Shown: positions 35,391 through 40,432 of the stretch, piece by piece
Layout of the letters: each line of letters begins with the position of its first letter
How positions within the stretch are numbered: the first letter of the stretch is position 1
Assembly: GCA_047607025.1 (NCBI GenBank)
Contig: JASGDS010000073.1
Location: 1 to 40,432, forward strand
Reading direction: 5' to 3'
Length of the DNA stretch: 40,432 nucleotides
Origin: Microbacterium sp.
Lineage (GTDB): Bacteria; Actinomycetota; Actinomycetes; Actinomycetales; Microbacteriaceae
The notes under the pieces: generated by a model
Databases searched by the model: none
What the model was told of the DNA's origin: nothing
Seen by the model: only the letters and a program-made list of their open reading frames with translations
Made by a program: the position numbers and the translations under genes

Positions 35391-36313
35391 GCATCGCCGG
35401 CATCTCGGCGCTCGAGCAGCGGGAAGCGCTCGAGCAGCAGGAAGAGGACGACCGCATTCTGGCGGCCCTCGAAGAGCAGGCGAGGGGTGGGCGCGTGCGC
35501 TCGCTGCTTGCAGCCCTTCGCCCCGCCGACTATCTCGCCGCGGTCGTCCTGCTGCTTCTCCTCGCCGCCATCCTCATCCCGCAGGCGCTCACTCGGTACG
35601 ACCCGCTGCAGGTCGAGGAGGGGCAGGCTCTGCTCGGCCCGAGCGGCACGCACTGGTTCGGCACCGACTATCTCGGGCGCGACCTCTTCTCGCGCGTCGT
35701 CTACGGCACCAGTTCCTCCCTCAGCGCGTCGGCGGTCGCCGTCGCGGTGGGGCTCATCGGCGGTCTCGTGCTCGGCATCGTCTCCGGCTACCTCGGCGGC
35801 TGGGTCGACTCGATCATCAGTCGTCTGATCGACGTGCTGCTGTCGGTGCCGGGCTTGCTGCTGTCGATGGTGATCGTCGTCTCCCTCGGCTTCGGCGCCA
35901 TCAACGCGGCGATCGCGGTCGGGGTCTCCTCCATCGCCAGCTTCTCGCGCATCACACGCTCTGAGGTGCTGCGCGTGCGGGGCGCGGGCTACGTCGAGGC
36001 GGCGGCCCACCAGGGGTCATCCCGGGCGCGCACGCTCGTGCGGCACGTGCTGCCGAACTCGGTCGGCCCCGTCTTCTCGCTCATTCCGCTGCAGTTCGGG
36101 GGGTCGATCATCTGGATCTCCTCGCTGAGCTTCCTCGGCTTCGGCGCGGTGCCGCCGCAGCCGGAGTGGGGTCTGCTCGTCGCCGAGGGCCGTCAATATC
36201 TCATCTCGGCCCCGTGGCTGCTGCTGTTCCCCGGAGCCGTCATCGTCGCCACCGTGCTCGCCGCATCGCACCTGCAGGGAGCCATCCAGAGGATCAGGGA
36301 GACATTCGCATGA
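35387..36313 (+). CDS. ABC permease, DppC/OppC type
   Basis: HWFGTDYLGRDLFSRVVYG, YVEAA, HVLPN, LSFLGFG..PP.PEWG; ATGA coupling. Confidence 0.93.
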   Translation: MSIAGISALEQREALEQQEEDDRILAALEEQARGGRVRSLLAALRPADYLAAVVLLLLLAAILIPQALTRYDPLQVEEGQALLGPSGTHWFGTDYLGRDLFSRVVYGTSSSLSASAVAVAVGLIGGLVLGIVSGYLGGWVDSIISRLIDVLLSVPGLLLSMVIVVSLGFGAINAAIAVGVSSIASFSRITRSEVLRVRGAGYVEAAAHQGSSRARTLVRHVLPNSVGPVFSLIPLQFGGSIIWISSLSFLGFGAVPPQPEWGLLVAEGRQYLISAPWLLLFPGAVIVATVLAASHLQGAIQRIRETFA

Positions 36314-37977
36314 ACGCGCCCGCAGACACCATCGAACTCGAGCAGTCAGACGCGGCCATCGCGCAGCCGACACCCGCAATCTCGGTGAACGGCCTCACCC
36401 TCGCCTACCGGTCGCGCGGGGCGCAGCGCACGGCCGTGCGCGATGTCAGCTTCGACGTGCCCGAGGGGCAGAGCGTGGCGCTCGTGGGCGAATCGGGGTC
36501 GGGCAAGACCACGATCGCCTCCGCGGTCGGCGGACTGCTCGCCGACAACGCGGTGCAGCAGGCGGGAAGCATCCGGCTGCTGGGAAGGGATGTCACGAAC
36601 CTGTCCGCGCAGGGATGGCGCGCGCTGCGCGGGAGGATCCTCGGATACGTTCCGCAGGATCCGCTCGGCTCGCTCGATCCCCTGCAGACGGTCGGATCCC
36701 AGATCACCGAAGCCGTCGTTCAGGCGCGCTCGGTCTCCGAAACGCAGGCCAAGGTCACCGCGCTCGAGCTGCTCGACGCGGTGCACATCGCCGATGCGGC
36801 GCGCAAGTACGAGTCCTACCCGCACGAGCTGTCTGGCGGCCAGCTGCAGCGGGTGCTGATCGCGGGCGCGCTCGCCGGCGAGCCGCGGCTGCTCATCGCC
36901 GACGAGCCGACGAGCGCCCTCGACGTCACCGTGCAGAAGCGCATCCTCGATCTGCTGGCCGACCTGCAGCGCGAGCTGTCGCTGTCGGTGCTCTTCATCA
37001 CGCACGACCTCTCCCTGGCGGGCGAGCGTTCCGACCGCGTCGTCGTGCTGCGCCGCGGGCGCGTCGTCGAGCAGGGGTCGAGCGAGCAGGTTCTCGCACG
37101 ACCATCCGCGCCGTACACGCGGCAGCTGTTCCGCGACGTGCCCGCCCTGCTGCCAGACAAGTACATCGAGGCGAAGCGGCGCCTGGCGCACGGGCGCCGG
37201 GGCGACGAGAAGGCGATCGTCGTGCACGATGTCGACAAGGCGTTCGACGGCGAGCGGAAGGCGGTCGAGGGTGCGAGCCTTGCGGTCGCCAGGGGCGAGC
37301 TGCACGCGCTGGTGGGCGAGTCGGGGTCGGGCAAGACGACGCTGGCGCGGATCATCGCCGGCCTCGTCGGCTTCGACGCCGGCGAGGTCCGCGTGAACGG
37401 CGTGCCTCGAACACCCCAGCCGCCCGTGATCAACGCCGACCCCTCGGCGCTGCAGCTGGTCTACCAGAACCCGCTCGCCGTGCTCGATCCGCGGCGGGAT
37501 GTTCGTGCGCTCGTCGCCGAACCGCTGGAGATCGGCGGTACAGGACGTGGTGAGGCTCGTCGTCAGGCGGAGGCCGTGCTCGAGAATGTCGGTCTCGCAC
37601 CCGAGCTGTGGCGACGCCGAGCCGCACAGCTCTCGGGCGGTCAGCGGCAGCGCGTGGCGATCGCCCGCGCGCTCGTGCTCTCGCCCGCCATCCTCGTGCT
37701 CGACGAGCCGACGAGCGCCCTCGACGTCACGGTGCAGGCACAGATCATCGACCTGCTGTTCGAGCTGCGAGAGGCGAACGATCTCACGCTCCTGTTCATC
37801 TCGCACGACCTCAGCCTTGTCCGCCAGATAGCGGATACCGTGACCGTGCTGCAGGATGGCCGGGTGGTCGAAAGCGGGCCGACCGACGAGCTGTTCGCGG
37901 CTCCCTCTCACCCGTATACGCGCGCTCTGATCGACGCGATTCCCTCGCGCGTCGACACACCCGCGCCGCATCCCTGA
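36310..37977 (+). CDS. ABC ATP-binding protein, fused double ATPase
   Basis: Two GESGSGKTT, LSGG and DEPTSALDV motifs; ATGA coupling. Confidence 0.95.
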   Translation: MNAPADTIELEQSDAAIAQPTPAISVNGLTLAYRSRGAQRTAVRDVSFDVPEGQSVALVGESGSGKTTIASAVGGLLADNAVQQAGSIRLLGRDVTNLSAQGWRALRGRILGYVPQDPLGSLDPLQTVGSQITEAVVQARSVSETQAKVTALELLDAVHIADAARKYESYPHELSGGQLQRVLIAGALAGEPRLLIADEPTSALDVTVQKRILDLLADLQRELSLSVLFITHDLSLAGERSDRVVVLRRGRVVEQGSSEQVLARPSAPYTRQLFRDVPALLPDKYIEAKRRLAHGRRGDEKAIVVHDVDKAFDGERKAVEGASLAVARGELHALVGESGSGKTTLARIIAGLVGFDAGEVRVNGVPRTPQPPVINADPSALQLVYQNPLAVLDPRRDVRALVAEPLEIGGTGRGEARRQAEAVLENVGLAPELWRRRAAQLSGGQRQRVAIARALVLSPAILVLDEPTSALDVTVQAQIIDLLFELREANDLTLLFISHDLSLVRQIADTVTVLQDGRVVESGPTDELFAAPSHPYTRALIDAIPSRVDTPAPHP

Positions 37978-38034
37978 GTTCGCAGGGAGCGAACCCCCCG
38001 AAACATGCGGCATAATCGCCAGTGGGGAGGGGAG

Positions 38035-39567
38035 ATGGCGAACCAACGAGATGTCGATGCAGACCTGCGAGGAGTGGTCGAACAGATCGAGGCGGCATTC
38101 CGCGCCGACGACCTCGAGAAGGTTGTTGCGCTCATCGGCCGAAACACCACGCTCGCGTGGGTCGGAATCGATCCCGACCGGTCGCGCGCGATCTTCCGCG
38201 CCATCGCCGCCAAGGGCATCCCGCTGGTCGATCACGCACCGCTCATCCCCTTCCTGCTGAGCGCTCACGACGGCAGCGGAACGGCGACGATGGCCAAGGC
38301 CTTCGTCAATCCCGAGATGCTTCCGACGCTTCGGCGCCTGGCCACGATGCTCTCGCTCGTCACCCGCGGACAGACTGCGGAGCTGCCGGATGCTCTCGAC
38401 GCGGTCGACCGTGACCTCGCCGACGTGACCAACGTCACTTACCACGACGACGACCTGCGGATGATCGCCCTGCTGGAGTCAGGGTTGGCGGCAGTGCAGC
38501 TCGGAGATTTCGCTCGTGGCCTGGGACTCTACACTCTGGCGCAGCTGCAGGTCACCTCGCCCACCCTCGTTCCGCTCACGCGTCTCGCCTACCTTCGGGC
38601 GGCGCTCGTGCACTGCTGTTTCGGCGATCCGGCCGACGGGCTGCGTGCGCTGGATCGGGCGAACGAGCTACCCCGATTGAGCAGCTGGCTCGAGATCGAG
38701 GCGACCGCCGATGAGGCGATCGTGCGCGCCGCAACCTCGCTCGAAGACTTCGCCAGCGCCCGCGAGCAGCTCGATGCCATCCCCATGCATACGCTCGGAC
38801 CATCCTGGCCCTTCTACATCGTGACGCTGCGACGGGTGCTGCTGCGTATGGGGGACCCGGCGGAGTTCGTGAAGCGGCTGACGCTGCTCGAGCAGCTGCG
38901 ATTCCCGATGACGCCCGGCATCGGATTCACGGGGAGCGTGCTGGCGGCGGTGCGCGCGGAGTACCTGCTCTTCCGTGGCGACACGGGTCGTGCGGCCGAA
39001 GTGATGCGCACCATGGATCAGTCGTACATCGGCACGATCGCGCAGCAGATGTGGATGGAGCTGCTCAGCGGGCGCCAGCGTCGAGCGATCAGCCTGGCGA
39101 GTGAACTGAGCCGCAGTCCCGCGGGGCGCGGGCTGCGCGATGTCGAGGTGTGGCGCTGCGCGGGGCTCGCCACGGCATACTTCGGGCTCGGCGATGCCGA
39201 CGCCGCGATCGAAGTGCTGCGCTCGGTGCTGCAGGTGGCAGGGGGTCTGCTGCCGCAGGACATCGGCTACTTTTCACCCGACCTGCGCGAGTTCGCGATT
39301 GAGCATGTCGAGGGATGGCCCGCGGCCGACTCGCGGTGGACGAAGCTCGCCACCCACGGTCATCGGGATGCGGGCATCTCGCTCACCAAGCGCGAGCGGG
39401 AGGTCATCCGCCTGCTCGCCACCGACCTCAAGCGCGACGACATCGCGGCTGCGCTGTTCATCTCCCCCAATACGCTCAAGTCGCACCTGCGGGCGCTGTT
39501 CAAGAAGATCGGCGTCAGCAGTCGTGAGGCCGCCGTTCTCCGCGCCCACCGCGAAGGCTGGCTCTGA
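38035..39567 (+). CDS. LuxR-type C-terminal HTH transcriptional regulator (MalT-like helical N-terminus)
   Basis: C-terminal LTKREREVIRLLA......IAAALFISPNTLKSHLRALFKKIGVSSR..AV..A...G.L; GGAGGGGAG RBS; CATAAT at 38011. Confidence 0.88.
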   Translation: MANQRDVDADLRGVVEQIEAAFRADDLEKVVALIGRNTTLAWVGIDPDRSRAIFRAIAAKGIPLVDHAPLIPFLLSAHDGSGTATMAKAFVNPEMLPTLRRLATMLSLVTRGQTAELPDALDAVDRDLADVTNVTYHDDDLRMIALLESGLAAVQLGDFARGLGLYTLAQLQVTSPTLVPLTRLAYLRAALVHCCFGDPADGLRALDRANELPRLSSWLEIEATADEAIVRAATSLEDFASAREQLDAIPMHTLGPSWPFYIVTLRRVLLRMGDPAEFVKRLTLLEQLRFPMTPGIGFTGSVLAAVRAEYLLFRGDTGRAAEVMRTMDQSYIGTIAQQMWMELLSGRQRRAISLASELSRSPAGRGLRDVEVWRCAGLATAYFGLGDADAAIEVLRSVLQVAGGLLPQDIGYFSPDLREFAIEHVEGWPAADSRWTKLATHGHRDAGISLTKREREVIRLLATDLKRDDIAAALFISPNTLKSHLRALFKKIGVSSREAAVLRAHREGWL

Positions 39568-39583
39568 CCGCGTCAGGGCATTG

Positions 39584-40432
39584 TCACGACAGGCGTTCGA
39601 GTCGGGCGACGAGCCCTGCTCGCTTGGGCGACTTTGCGGGCAGCAGGGCGAGCGCCTGCCGCATCGCGTCGGTGTCGTCCGCGCCGAGGTCGGTGTCGAG
39701 ATAGCTCGTCAGCACCTCGGGCGCCGCCTCCGAGAGCATCGTCTCGCGGATGGCCGTTGTCACCTGCTCGCGCAGCTCATCGACGCCCGGTGCCGTCGAC
39801 CCCGGCAGCACCTCGCCGCGATACGCCGACAGCGCCACCCTGTGCGCACCTCGGTCCAGCAGCGAGAGCACGTGCTGTGCGTCGGATTCCAGGTCGCCCG
39901 GGATTCGATACGGGCGCGACTGCGGTACGAGGTCGGGGAAGGAGGCATCGATGCGCTTACGCAGCCGCACCATCTCCGGCCGCAGCGTGCCGACGGCATC
40001 GTGGGAGCCGTAGACCAGCTCGGCCAGGCGCTCCGCGGTGAGGCCGTGTCTGTGCACCGCGAGCATCAGCACCAGCTCGGCGTGACGCAGTCCGAGTTCG
40101 ATCGTGCGCTCGCCGTATCCGGAGGCGACCGTCAGCGTCGCATCGTCGCGGCCGAGCACGCTGAGCGTCGCGCGGGTGGGAACCGACTGCCGTGCGCCAC
40201 GGGCGGCGCGCTTCATCGGCGTGCGCAGGCGTGCGGCGAGCAGTTCGCCCTCCACGGCGCGCGCGGTGGCATCCACCAGCATTCTGGCCGGCCCGCTCGC
40301 GGCGTCGTCGCCGCCCGTCACGTCGATCACCCCGATGAGGGCGCCCGTCTGCAGGTCGCGCACGGGCGCCGCCGTGCACGACCAGGGGGTGACGAACCGG
40401 TTGAAGTGCTCGGCGCCGTGCACCTGCACCGA
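39584..40432 (-). CDS. GAF-domain transcriptional regulator (AcoR-like GAF plus HTH), 5' end outside window
   Basis: QVHGAEHF.....WSC.AAPVRD..TG..IGVIDVTG, LRHAEL...L, LTAE.LA..VYG, LR.EM.RLR, SRPYR, Y.G.VLP.S.APGV. Confidence 0.85.
   Translation of the reverse strand, partial: SVQVHGAEHFNRFVTPWSCTAAPVRDLQTGALIGVIDVTGGDDAASGPARMLVDATARAVEGELLAARLRTPMKRAARGARQSVPTRATLSVLGRDDATLTVASGYGERTIELGLRHAELVLMLAVHRHGLTAERLAELVYGSHDAVGTLRPEMVRLRKRIDASFPDLVPQSRPYRIPGDLESDAQHVLSLLDRGAHRVALSAYRGEVLPGSTAPGVDELREQVTTAIRETMLSEAAPEVLTSYLDTDLGADDTDAMRQALALLPAKSPKRAGLVARLERLS

Noticed and set aside
2235-36313. Long N-terminal extensions in the ORF track (starts at 3839, 5122, 12129, 13923, 17153, 21602, 23247, 34364)
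   Set aside because: They overlap neighbouring genes or promoters; downstream starts have an RBS, ATGA/GTGA coupling or leaderless -10 support.
19570-38445. Long antisense or alternative ORFs (19570-21522 +, 29755-31983 +, 32667-35069 -, 36346-38445 - and many shorter)
   Set aside because: Shadows of well-supported genes in high-GC DNA; Arg/Ala/Pro-rich with no family motifs.
1-40432. Genomic island with integrase, tRNA att site or IS element
   Set aside because: No integrase, transposase, tRNA or flanking direct repeats recognised; mosaicism is inferred only from scars.
38035-40432. LuxR and GAF regulators as controllers of the sulfur cluster
   Set aside because: No shared motif upstream of the LuxR gene, ordinary Met content, and GAF regulators of this type usually accompany aldehyde/alcohol dehydrogenases; adjacency alone is insufficient.

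Overview
High-GC actinobacterial DNA, Microbacteriaceae-like by gene content (inference). Between the 3' end of purA and a LuxR-type/GAF regulator pair lies a ~37-kb mosaic cluster that looks dedicated to organosulfur scavenging. It has five luciferase-like (LLM) monooxygenase-type genes (one degenerate), three DszC/SfnB-type acyl-CoA-dehydrogenase-fold enzymes and one NfsA/NfrA-type flavin reductase. It also has a rhodanese plus O-acetylhomoserine sulfhydrylase operon divergent from a LysR gene, a MetNIQ-like importer, two peptide-type ABC importers plus an orphan binding protein, a BisC-like Mo enzyme, and three uncharacterised partners (ATP-grasp ligase, PanE-like reductase, DUF1684). Two independent sequence signals tie these together. 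First, many of the proteins have no Met or Cys after the start codon, including substitutions at normally conserved Met/Cys positions. Second, a phased RTGACG/RTAACG motif recurs in five upstream regions, including the ATP-grasp gene next to purA. Module junctions carry pseudogenes (DUF4232, YhcG/DUF1016), a chimeric scar and several families of REP-like palindromes. No rRNA, tRNA, CRISPR array, transposase or integrase was recognised. All family calls are from motif recognition by eye, not database searches.
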